From an uncultured Spirochaetales bacterium (GTDB lineage: Bacteria > Myxococcota_A > UBA9160 > UBA6930), in contig CAZTOU010000002.1 in assembly GCA_964615365.1 (NCBI GenBank), positions 87,160 to 151,159 on the forward strand: a stretch of 64,000 nucleotides of DNA. Reading direction: 5' to 3'. Below the pieces are notes generated by a model. That model saw nothing but the letters and a program-made list of their open reading frames with translations, made no database searches and had not been told where the DNA came from. The translations under genes and the position numbers were made by a program. Shown here piece after piece: positions 56,171 through 64,000 of this stretch (its first letter is position 1; each line of letters begins with the position of its first letter).

Positions 56171-57343
56171 TCAGGCGCTCCTGTAGAGCTTGGTCAGCAC
56201 GAACTCCCGGTGTCCCAGCGCCTCCGCCGCGGTGACCCGGCCGTTGCTGGTGCGGAGGGTCAGATCGATCAGCGCGTCCCCCGCCTGGTCGAGATTCATC
56301 TCCCGTCGCAGGATTCCCGAGACGTCCAGGTCGATGTGCTCCCCCATCGTCCGCACCGTGCGCGGGTTGGCGCTGAGCTTGATGACCGGCTCGATCGGGT
56401 TGCCGACGATGTTGCCCTGCCCGGTCGGAAAGAGATGGACCACGAAGCCGGCGGCCGCCTGCAGCGTGACGCACTCCGCCGCCGCGGATGAGGTATCCAT
56501 GAAGTAGAGGCCCGGCCCCTTCGACGGGGCCTCCGCCGGCTCGAGGACGTCGATGTATCGGGCCTCCTTCCCGATCTTTTCGAGGTTGCCGAAGGCCTTC
56601 TCCTCGATGGTGGTGAGGCCGCCTTCGATGTTGCCCTTGGTGGGCTGGCTCTCCGACAGATCGGAAGTCTTGTGGGGCTCGATCACCTCGTCCATGTAGG
56701 CCTTGAAGGTTCGCATGAACTTCTCACCGACCTCGGGCGTCTTGGCCCGGTCCCGGCACTCCTGCTCCGCCCCGGTCAGCTCGGAGGTCTCTCCGAAGCA
56801 GCTGGTGACCCCCAGCGAATCGAGCTTGTCGATGGCGTTTCCCACCGTCGGGTTCGACGCTAGCCCGGAGGTCGTGTCCGACTCCCCGCATTTCACCGAG
56901 ACCCACAGGTCGGAGATGTCGCACTCCTCGCGCTGAAGCTCGGTCGCCCGGTGCACGTACTCCTTGGCTTTGCGCGACGCCGCGGCAATGGTCTGGAGGT
57001 CTCCGTTCTGCTCGATGGCGAAGCCGGCCGCGGGCTTCCCCGTCTCGGTGATGCCGTCGACCACGCGTTTGGTCCAGCCGGGCTCGATTCCGATCACTAC
57101 CACTGCGGCGACGTTCGGATTGCAGCCGGTCCCGATCAGCGATCTGAAGTGCAGGTCGAGGTCGGCCCCGAACTGCAGCCGCCCATAGGGATGGGGAATC
57201 GCCAGCGAACCCTTGATGTTGTTGCCCACGGCTTCGCAGGCTGCGTTGGAGATGTCGTCGAGGGGCAGGATGATCACGTGGTTTCGGATTCCGACGCGGC
57301 CGTTCTCGCGCCGGTAGCCGAGGAAGGTCCTATCGCTGCTCAT
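56171..57343 (-). CDS. suyB: UxaA-family lyase, probable (2R)-sulfolactate sulfo-lyase beta subunit
   Basis: [59 protein letters not shown] matches the SuyB subgroup as I recall it; [10 protein letters not shown]. Confidence 0.75.
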   Translation of the reverse strand: MSSDRTFLGYRRENGRVGIRNHVIILPLDDISNAACEAVGNNIKGSLAIPHPYGRLQFGADLDLHFRSLIGTGCNPNVAAVVVIGIEPGWTKRVVDGITETGKPAAGFAIEQNGDLQTIAAASRKAKEYVHRATELQREECDISDLWVSVKCGESDTTSGLASNPTVGNAIDKLDSLGVTSCFGETSELTGAEQECRDRAKTPEVGEKFMRTFKAYMDEVIEPHKTSDLSESQPTKGNIEGGLTTIEEKAFGNLEKIGKEARYIDVLEPAEAPSKGPGLYFMDTSSAAAECVTLQAAAGFVVHLFPTGQGNIVGNPIEPVIKLSANPRTVRTMGEHIDLDVSGILRREMNLDQAGDALIDLTLRTSNGRVTAAEALGHREFVLTKLYRSA

Positions 57344-57346
57344 TCT

Positions 57347-57634
57347 CTACCACCTCTTCGTCTTGACGTTGTGAACGTGGGCGTGGCCGCCCTTCAGGAT
57401 GTCCGCGACCGCCTTGCCGATGTCGTGACCGTACTTGACGATCGTATCGCCGCTCCGGATGTCTCCTAGCGCGAGCTTGTGGCCGAGGGGAATGTCGTCC
57501 TTCGCCGTGACGGCAATGGTCTCGTCCGTCTCCATGACCCAGCCGGTCAGCTCCTTTCCCGAGGCGGCATCCTCCGTCACGACCACTCCCACCGTGTCGG
57601 ATACCGCGTGTACCAGGAAGTCCGTTCTGCTCAT
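57347..57634 (-). CDS. suyA: SAF-domain protein, probable sulfolactate sulfo-lyase alpha subunit
   Basis: FLVH..DTVGVVV, DIPLGHKLAL, IVKYGHDIGKA, HVHNVKTKRW; directly upstream of suyB. Confidence 0.75.
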   Translation of the reverse strand: MSRTDFLVHAVSDTVGVVVTEDAASGKELTGWVMETDETIAVTAKDDIPLGHKLALGDIRSGDTIVKYGHDIGKAVADILKGGHAHVHNVKTKRW

Positions 57635-57692
57635 CTCGATCTCTCCTTCGTGGCCAATCTCTTCCCGGGCCGGGCCGTGATCCGGCGGCGCT

Positions 57693-58505
57693 TCAGTCGG
57701 CCCAGAATCTCTCGATGAAGACGTTGCCCGGTTCCCTGCGGCTGTGGATCTTGAATCCCTCGCCGAGGAGCATCTTCTCCATGCCCTCGATCATCAAGGG
57801 GTTGCCGCAGAGAAACACGCTCGTCTTGTCGGGATCCAGACCGTGCCCGAGAATGCGGGAGACGGTGCCATCGTCGATGTATTCGGAGACGAAGCCGACC
57901 TTCCCGGGCCATTCGGGATCGCGTTCGATCTCGTCGATGATCGGAAGATAGTGGAAAGCGGGCCAGCGCGCCGCGAGGGCGGACAGCTCCCGCGAGTAGC
58001 CGAGGTCCCAGGAGACCTTCGCCCCGTGAATCACCACTGTCTGGTGTCGGACCTCGAACCGGTAGCCGGAACGAAGCATGGACAAATAGGGGGCCAGGCC
58101 GGTCCCGGTCGCGACGAAGAGGATGTCGTGGCCGGGTGCGGCGTCCTCGAGGGTGAACATCCCGACGATCTTCTTGCCCAACCACACGCGGTCGCCTTCC
58201 CGGAGGGCGAAGAGACGCGGAGTCAACGCGCCCGAATGCACCAGGGCCACGTAGAACTCCAGGTACTCTCCCTCCAGGCTCGACGATGCAATCGAGTACG
58301 CGCGCTTGATGAGCTTGTCCGGATCGGCAACGGGGTCCTCCGGATCGGCGTAGTCGACCCTGGCCAGGGAGCCGGGTAGAGCCAGCACCACGTACTGGCC
58401 GGCCTCGAACTGCGGGAGCGCGAAGTCGGGACGGACCCGCAGAACCAGCAGACCGTGGTTGATCTCGTCTCTCCTGGAGACGGTGGCGTTCATCTCGACC
58501 GGCAT
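57693..58505 (-). CDS. Ferredoxin/flavodoxin-NADP+ reductase
   Basis: FEAGQYV, RAYSIAS, G.LTPRL, ATGTGLAPY, FLCGNP.M, ERFW. Confidence 0.9.
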   Translation of the reverse strand: MPVEMNATVSRRDEINHGLLVLRVRPDFALPQFEAGQYVVLALPGSLARVDYADPEDPVADPDKLIKRAYSIASSSLEGEYLEFYVALVHSGALTPRLFALREGDRVWLGKKIVGMFTLEDAAPGHDILFVATGTGLAPYLSMLRSGYRFEVRHQTVVIHGAKVSWDLGYSRELSALAARWPAFHYLPIIDEIERDPEWPGKVGFVSEYIDDGTVSRILGHGLDPDKTSVFLCGNPLMIEGMEKMLLGEGFKIHSRREPGNVFIERFWAD

Positions 58506-58646
58506 CGAGCGCAACTCCTTTGCCGCGGAAGCCCGGGCGCGAGCCCCCGAACCATAATCACAGAGTTCGGAGGTCGCAAAGAACCGGCGCGCCGTTCGGC
58601 CCGTGGCGCTCGCTCCGCAGGGCAAAGACCGTTCCCGGCCCTGGCC

Positions 58647-59552
58647 TCAGCCCGGGTCTCCCACCAGGTGCCACCGCATCCCGCCGGCCTCCTCGCCGCC
58701 CTCGCGGGTGGCATGCGTCGCCACCCGACAACTCCCCGCCCGCGCCGTGACCTCGCGGGCGAAACGCTGCACCAGACCCAGGAGCTCCGCCAGCAGCTCT
58801 GGATCGGCGGTGAGAAGGGAGACCGCGCCGTCGAGGGGCTCGATGACCACGTGCTCGACGGCCATCGGTCGCGCCGGCCGATAGGCGCGCGCCCTCGCGG
58901 TCTCCGCGAGGATCTCCCGGCCCGGTGCGGTGGGGACCGCCTCCGGGTCGAGCAGGACGGGGGTTTCGCCGGAGAGATCCCGCATCAGGCTCTTCCGCGT
59001 GGCGGGCGAGAGCTCGGTCTGCGCGCGGTAGTTGGCGTGCTCGATGCGCACTCGCAAGAGCGGATCGGAAGCGAAACGCTCCTGCTGGCCGGGGCTCAGG
59101 GGGAAGCGCACGTAGTGGACCGCGGAGATGCGATCCTCCTCGAGCTGGCGCTCGTCGAAGTGGCCGCGAATCCTCTCTTCCCGGTCCTCTTCGCCGATCA
59201 CGATGAACACGCATTCGTCGATACCGACCAGCCGGTCGAGCTCGGGCTTCACCTGGGTGAGCTCGGAGATCTCGATGAAGAGCGTGGCCGAGAGCTCCCC
59301 GGGCCGGGGGATCAGATCGCCGTAGGCGTCGATCTCGCGCTGGATCTTGTCGGGCTCGCGGATCCGCTCCACCCGCGCCATCTCCTGGATCTGGTAGCGC
59401 ACGGTCTCGCGATCCTCGAACAACATGGTGGCCTTCTCTCCCACCGCCACCCGCCGGACCAGCTTGTGTTCGAGAACGCGCGCCCGGTAATCCCCGCGCA
59501 CCAGCTCGTAGCGGTCGAGCTCCAGGATGTCGCCGAGCGCGAGGCCCCTCAC
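58647..59552 (-). CDS. DUF3501-family protein with C-terminal degenerate HIT-like domain
   Basis: RRVAVG...LFEDRETVRYQIQEM..ERI, ELSATLFIE, SAVHYVRF (DUF3501); about 100 extra residues follow the HIT pattern. Confidence 0.85.
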   Translation of the reverse strand: MRGLALGDILELDRYELVRGDYRARVLEHKLVRRVAVGEKATMLFEDRETVRYQIQEMARVERIREPDKIQREIDAYGDLIPRPGELSATLFIEISELTQVKPELDRLVGIDECVFIVIGEEDREERIRGHFDERQLEEDRISAVHYVRFPLSPGQQERFASDPLLRVRIEHANYRAQTELSPATRKSLMRDLSGETPVLLDPEAVPTAPGREILAETARARAYRPARPMAVEHVVIEPLDGAVSLLTADPELLAELLGLVQRFAREVTARAGSCRVATHATREGGEEAGGMRWHLVGDPG

Positions 59553-60847
59553 CCGCCCTCCCCTTCGCCGCCCAGTCCGTAGGCGTGGTGGAGGAGCACC
59601 ACCGGGTGGACGGCCTTTCGCCCCGTCCCCTGCTCGATGCGCAGGGCGGAGAGCGGGCAATCGGTCGCCACGTGATCGGGCTGGAACTCCTCGATCCGGC
59701 CCAGGAGCTTGCTGGCAACCTTCATCGACTCCTCGTGAAAGCGCGCCTGCATGCCCCAGGTGCCGTCGACCCCCGAGCAGGCGTCGATGAGCTCCACCTC
59801 CGCACCCGCCAGCTTGAGCAGCGCGCGGGTGGGGAAGCCGACGTTCTGATGGCGCAGGTGACAGGGGGCGTGATAGGCGACCTTCCCGAGCTCCCGAGAG
59901 AACTCCCGGTCGAGCTTCTTGGCCCGCCCCAGCTGGAAGAGGTACTCCATCAGGTCCCGGGTGTTCTCGGCCACCCTGCGCGCCGCCTCGGTGCCGAGGA
60001 GCTTCGGGTACTCCTCCTTCATGAGCAGCGAGCAGGAGGGCCCGGGGACCACCACCTCCGCCCCGGCCTCGACGAAGGGGAGCAGGTCGGCCACGTTGCG
60101 CTCAGCGTGGCGGCGGGCGGCATCCAGATTGCCAGTGTCGGTATAAGGCATGCCGCAGCAGCGCTCGTAGCAGAGCTCCACCTTGACGTCGCTTCGCTCC
60201 AGCACCTCGACCGCCGCACGACCTACCCCTGGATCGCTGTAGTTGACGGTGCAGGTGCTGAAGAAGACGGCGCTACCGTTGCCTCCTGCTGTCACCGGCT
60301 TCCGCTTTCGGAACCAGCGATCCACCGTTTCCGAGTAGTAGGTGGGTTGCACCCAGTCGCGATGGATGCCGATGGTCTTCTCCATCATCAGCCGCGAGAA
60401 GCGGTTGGTGTTGGCGAGGTTCATCAGCGCCGGCGCCGCGCTGCCGATCTTCCCGATCAGGTCGGTCTGGGTGGTGAGCTTTCGTGCGAGCGGGGTGCCG
60501 TCGCGCCTCGAGCGCATCAGCTGGTGGCGCCGCATCAGGAAGGGGAAATCCACGTCCCACTCGTGGGGCGGTGTGTAGGGGCAGTGGTTGTAGCAGAGCT
60601 TGCAGTGGAAGCAGAGCTCGTTGACCTCCTCGAAGCCGGCCATGGAGACGCCCGCCACCTCCCGGTCGGTGGCGTCCACCAGCTCGAAGAGCTTTGGGAA
60701 GGACGGACAGAGCGGGAGACAGCGGCGACACTGGTGACAGATGTCTCCCACCCGCCGCAGCTCGCGCTCGATCTTCTCCAAATCCCAGAAGTCGGAGTCG
60801 TCGTAGGACCACTCGGCCGACGGCTTCTCGGGGGCTTCACTCGTCAT
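59549..60847 (-). CDS. Fe-S oxidoreductase (2x[4Fe-4S] plus CCG domains), rubrerythrin-associated
   Basis: [42 protein letters not shown]. Confidence 0.9.
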   Translation of the reverse strand: MTSEAPEKPSAEWSYDDSDFWDLEKIERELRRVGDICHQCRRCLPLCPSFPKLFELVDATDREVAGVSMAGFEEVNELCFHCKLCYNHCPYTPPHEWDVDFPFLMRRHQLMRSRRDGTPLARKLTTQTDLIGKIGSAAPALMNLANTNRFSRLMMEKTIGIHRDWVQPTYYSETVDRWFRKRKPVTAGGNGSAVFFSTCTVNYSDPGVGRAAVEVLERSDVKVELCYERCCGMPYTDTGNLDAARRHAERNVADLLPFVEAGAEVVVPGPSCSLLMKEEYPKLLGTEAARRVAENTRDLMEYLFQLGRAKKLDREFSRELGKVAYHAPCHLRHQNVGFPTRALLKLAGAEVELIDACSGVDGTWGMQARFHEESMKVASKLLGRIEEFQPDHVATDCPLSALRIEQGTGRKAVHPVVLLHHAYGLGGEGEGG

Positions 60848-60959
60848 GCTCTCGTCCTAATTGGGCTCTCGGTGACGCTAGCACCGTCCGCACCAGGCGA
60901 TGGGCGCGACCTCGATCTCGAGGCCGCGCCTGCCCGGAACCCATCGGCTGGAGCAGGGA

Positions 60960-61385
60960 CTAGAGCTCTTCGAGGGAGTCGAGGGCCTTCTGGAAGCGCC
61001 CCGCGTGAGACTTCTCGGCCTTGGCCAACGTCTCGAGCCAGTCGGCGACCTCGCCGAACTTCTCCTCGCGCGCCGTCTTGGCCATGCCCGGGTACATCTC
61101 TGTGTACTCGTAGGTCTCGCCCGCCACAGCCGCTTCCAGGTTTTTCTCCGTGCTGCCGATCGGCTTGTCGGTGGCGGGATCCCCTGCCGACTTCAGGAAG
61201 TCGAGGTGACCGTGGGCATGGCCCGTCTCCGCCTCGGCGGTGTCGCGGAAGAGGCCCCCGACGTCGGGATAGCCCTCGATGTCTGCCTGCTTGGCGAAGT
61301 AGAGGTAGCGACGGTTCGCCTGCGACTCTCCCGCAAAGGCGGCCTTCAGATTCTCGTGGGTCTTGGATCCCTTCAACTCAGCCAT
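60960..61385 (-). CDS. rbr: Rubrerythrin (short type lacking the rubredoxin domain)
   Basis: [50 protein letters not shown]. Confidence 0.92.
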   Translation of the reverse strand: MAELKGSKTHENLKAAFAGESQANRRYLYFAKQADIEGYPDVGGLFRDTAEAETGHAHGHLDFLKSAGDPATDKPIGSTEKNLEAAVAGETYEYTEMYPGMAKTAREEKFGEVADWLETLAKAEKSHAGRFQKALDSLEEL

Positions 61386-61489
61386 GTCTTCCTCCCGTGG
61401 TGAGCCGGCTCGGTGTTGCAGCCGGGCCGGCTGGATGCGCCAGTGACCGGATTCGATCACGGATTGCACCAATGGTGAAGGAGATCTGG

Positions 61490-61515
61490 CAATAAGTAAA
61501 ATCGATAATATCTAT
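61490..61515 (-). promoter_or_regulatory. AT-rich LysR/OxyR-like site upstream of rbr
   Basis: Minus strand ATAG-N7-CGAT-N7-ATTG, which contains T-N11-A. Confidence 0.45.
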
Positions 61516-61663
61516 TCAGTGATAGACACGCTCTCTCGAGGCCCTGCCACGCCAGGGCCGCGGCCCCGAATCCGCACCGCCCTTCTCCTCGCCATGAGAC
61601 TCGCGGCGGCCGGGCGAGGAGGCTCGCGCAGGGCGCAGAGGGATTTCGAGTGATTGAATAGAG

Positions 61664-61691
61664 AAGGCGCCGCAAGCCCACGCAGCGCCTC
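61664..61691 (-). terminator. Hairpin downstream of tRNA-Gly
   Basis: GAGGCGCUGCG-UGGGCU-UGCGGCGCCUU, then CUCUAUUC. Confidence 0.5.
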
Positions 61692-61700
61692 GGGAAATTC

Positions 61701-61776
61701 TGGAGCGGGAAACGGGACTCGAACCCGCGACCCCGAGCTTGGGAAGCTCGTGCTCTACCAACTGAGCTATTCCCGC
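61701..61776 (-). tRNA. tRNA-Gly (anticodon CCC), CCA encoded
   Basis: GCGGGAA/TTCCCGC acceptor stem, TAGCTCAGTTGGTAGAGC D arm, CGAGC-TTCCCAA-GCTCG anticodon arm, GGTTCGAGTCC T arm, 3' TCCA. Confidence 0.97.
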
Positions 61777-61948
61777 CTGGACTTTGAGACTAGCAGAATC
61801 TCTCCCCCCGCAGCCTCCACCCCCGTATGACCCTGCTCATACCGGCGACCGGCTCGAAGCGGATCAATCTCGCCAAACGGGTGAAGGCAGGGCCGGTCCG
61901 ACGGCGGAGCTCGCGGCTTCTCCCCGGCATCAGCGAAGGAGAGGCGGA

Positions 61949-64000
61949 GTGACGGGAGTCGGCGGCACGTGGGCGGATCGCTATCGCAGCAAGTGGACCT
62001 GGGACGCGGTGACCTGGGGCGGTCACGAGGTGGACTGCTACCCGGGCGGCTGTCCCTTCCGCGTCTACACCAAGGACGGGAAGATCCTCCGCGAGGAGCA
62101 GTCGGGCACCCTCTCCCCGGTCGAGTCCGGCATCCCCGACAACAACCCGATGGGCTGCCAGAAGGGGGCCTGCTGGAGCCACTGCCACTACTCGCCGGAC
62201 CGCGTCACCAAGCCCCTGAAGCGGGTCGGCGAGCGGGGTAAGGGCCAGTTCGAGGAGGTCTCCTGGGACGAGGCCCTCCGCGACATCGCGGAGGCGATCC
62301 TCGACGCCATCCAGGAAGACGGCCCGGAGTCGGTCCTCACGTTGCTGACGCCCGAGATGGGCGCCCTGCCCGCCCGGCAGTTCGCCAACGTGCTCGGGAC
62401 CCCCACCACCGACGGAAATGCCGAGTTCCAGGACTTCAGTCCCGGCTACCACCTGACCTGGGGTCTCTACAACCCGACCGCCTCGATGGACGACTGGTTC
62501 CTGGCGGACCTCACCCTGATCTGGCACGCCAATCCGGTCTACACCAACATCCAGTGGTACCACTACCTGGCCGAATCCCGATACAACGGCGGCGAGGTGG
62601 TGACGATCGCCCCGGACTACAGCCCCTCGGCCGTCCACGCCGACTACCACCTTCCGGTGCGGATCGGCACCGACGCGGCGCTGGCCTTGGCGATGTGCAA
62701 GGTGATCATCGATGCGGGCCTCTACCAGAAGCAGTTCGCGCAGGAGCAGACCGATCTTCCGCTGCTGGTACGCAAGGACAACGGCCGCTTCCTGCGCGGG
62801 TCCGATGTCGTGGAGGGGGAGCGGGAGGACCAGTTCTACTGGTGGGACACGCTCACCGGGACCCTGACGCCGGCACCACGCGGCACGCTGGCCACCACGG
62901 GCGTGGATCCGGCCCTGGAGGGGAACTTCTCAGTGCTCCTCAAGGACCTGACCACCGTGGAGGTGGAGCCGGTCTTCGCGAAGCTGCGCCGGCATCTGGA
63001 GGACTACACGCCGGAGAAGGCCGGTGAGATCTGCGGGATCCATCCCGACAACATCCGCAGCCTGGCGCGCAAGGTGGCGACGCGGAAGACCAAGATCTTC
63101 ATCGGCTGGAACTCGGGGAAGTACTACCACGGGGACCTGATGGAGCGGTCGATGGCGCTGCTCCTGGGTCTCACGGGCAACTGGGGCAAGAAGGGCACCG
63201 GCACCCGCTCCTGGGCCATCATGGGGCTGGACGGTCAGGTGTTCCTGTCCCGCAAGGAGGCGCCGGGCCAGGAGGCGGCCCAGAAGCACATCTCCGGGAT
63301 CATCGCGATGCGCCGTCTCCTCGCTCAGGAAGACCCGACGCTGACCACCGAGATGATCCAGAACCTCGGCGCCGCGATGGCGGTCGAGCTCGGCGGCCTC
63401 GGCAGCGCCACGCCCCCGGCCTTCCTCTGGTACCACCAGTACGGCTACAAGGAGCGCTGGAACGATCCGGAGAACAACGACCCCTCGATGAAGCGCAGCT
63501 TCGACGAGTACGTCCAGGAGGCCACCGAAAAGGGCTGGTGGGATGACAGCTACGCCAAGGGCTACCAGCAGGTCGCGCCCCGGGTGCTCTACGAGGCCGG
63601 GGGCAACCTGCTGCGCCGCCAGCGGGGCGGGCAGAAGCTGCTCCTCGAGCACCTCTGGCCCAAGCTCGAGATGATCGTCTCGGTCGACTACCGCATGACC
63701 ACCACCGGGCTCTACTCCGACTACATCCTGCCCGCGGCGCAGCACTACGAGAAGCTGGGCTGCAGCACCCGCTCCGTGCACCACCTGAACGTGGTGCTCT
63801 GCGACCGCGCCGCGCCGCCTCGGGACCAGGCGCTGCCCGACTGGGAGATCGGCGTGCGGATGGTCGAGAAGATCGAAGAGCGGGCTGCCGCGCGGGGCAT
63901 GAAGTCCTTCACGGACGCACGGGGCAACCTGCGAAGCCTCGAGAACCTGACCGCCGAGCTCACGCTGAATGGCGCGCTTCGGGACGAGGAGAAGCGCTTC
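61949..64000 (+). CDS. Molybdopterin oxidoreductase catalytic subunit, DMSO reductase family type II (EbdA/steroid C25 dehydrogenase/NarG-like); 3' truncated
   Basis: Open frame from GTG 61949 (MTGVGGTWADRYRSKWTWD); H-x3-C-x4-C-x34-C (HEVDCYPGGC..GCQKG); PLKRVGERGKG.F..SWDEA; QDFSPG; IAPDYSPSA.HAD; GTDAALAL. Confidence 0.88.
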   Translation, partial: MTGVGGTWADRYRSKWTWDAVTWGGHEVDCYPGGCPFRVYTKDGKILREEQSGTLSPVESGIPDNNPMGCQKGACWSHCHYSPDRVTKPLKRVGERGKGQFEEVSWDEALRDIAEAILDAIQEDGPESVLTLLTPEMGALPARQFANVLGTPTTDGNAEFQDFSPGYHLTWGLYNPTASMDDWFLADLTLIWHANPVYTNIQWYHYLAESRYNGGEVVTIAPDYSPSAVHADYHLPVRIGTDAALALAMCKVIIDAGLYQKQFAQEQTDLPLLVRKDNGRFLRGSDVVEGEREDQFYWWDTLTGTLTPAPRGTLATTGVDPALEGNFSVLLKDLTTVEVEPVFAKLRRHLEDYTPEKAGEICGIHPDNIRSLARKVATRKTKIFIGWNSGKYYHGDLMERSMALLLGLTGNWGKKGTGTRSWAIMGLDGQVFLSRKEAPGQEAAQKHISGIIAMRRLLAQEDPTLTTEMIQNLGAAMAVELGGLGSATPPAFLWYHQYGYKERWNDPENNDPSMKRSFDEYVQEATEKGWWDDSYAKGYQQVAPRVLYEAGGNLLRRQRGGQKLLLEHLWPKLEMIVSVDYRMTTTGLYSDYILPAAQHYEKLGCSTRSVHHLNVVLCDRAAPPRDQALPDWEIGVRMVEKIEERAAARGMKSFTDARGNLRSLENLTAELTLNGALRDEEKRF

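Noticed and set aside
61466-61480. NtrC-like box TGCACCAATGGTGAA upstream of rbr
   Set aside because: The spacer is 2 nt shorter than the NtrC site and one arm is imperfect
61600-61780. Genomic island integrated at tRNA-Gly
   Set aside because: No integrase is adjacent, no duplicated tRNA 3' end was seen in the window, and there is no obvious compositional shift
55712-64000. Selenocysteine (in-frame TGA) in the redox enzymes
   Set aside because: The FeS oxidoreductase, FNR, rubrerythrins and the molybdoenzyme fragment read through without internal TGA; the TlpA active site also uses Cys
1-64000. CRISPR array, rRNA, IS/transposase, prophage or defence genes
   Set aside because: No regularly spaced repeats and no recognisable motifs; almost all sequence is explained by the listed genes. 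The SWIM-SNF2 gene has no defence-type neighbours

Overview
A GC-rich (roughly 70%), densely coding bacterial chromosome segment. Gene content suggests a Myxococcota/deltaproteobacterial-type organism (inference). I found no CRISPR array, rRNA, IS element or prophage. Left half, minus strand: one long, largely translationally coupled run pheA-hisC-tyrA-rpsA-ihfB-lapA-lapB-mutS-amidase-glnD-xerD-cca, then scpA-scpB-rluB. It is followed by a dCache/HAMP diguanylate cyclase, a complete trpEGDCFBA operon, and lptD/Crp/TlpA/ccdA. Middle: dtd, dcd, a GDPD, queG, an exosortase and DUF502. The standout locus (about 39970-45135) is a self-contained sigma54 envelope-stress-like operon. It has two tandem palindromic TGCAG-N8-CTGCA sites, a near-perfect -24/-12 promoter, two paralogous 2TM-domain histidine kinases, an NtrC-family activator, a PspA/IM30 (ESCRT-III family) protein and a small membrane protein. 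This looks like a Psp-like system with no PspF/B/C in the window. Right half: a twin-FHA protein, WS/DGAT, greB, SWIM-SNF2 and a CDF exporter. An iron/oxidative-stress cluster follows (ferritin, ferritin-like protein, FNR, rubrerythrin-FeS oxidoreductase-DUF3501, the last fused to a degenerate HIT domain) with suyAB embedded in it. The window ends with tRNA-Gly(CCC) and a truncated type II DMSO-reductase-family molybdoenzyme. All calls come from motif recognition by eye; no database searches were run.
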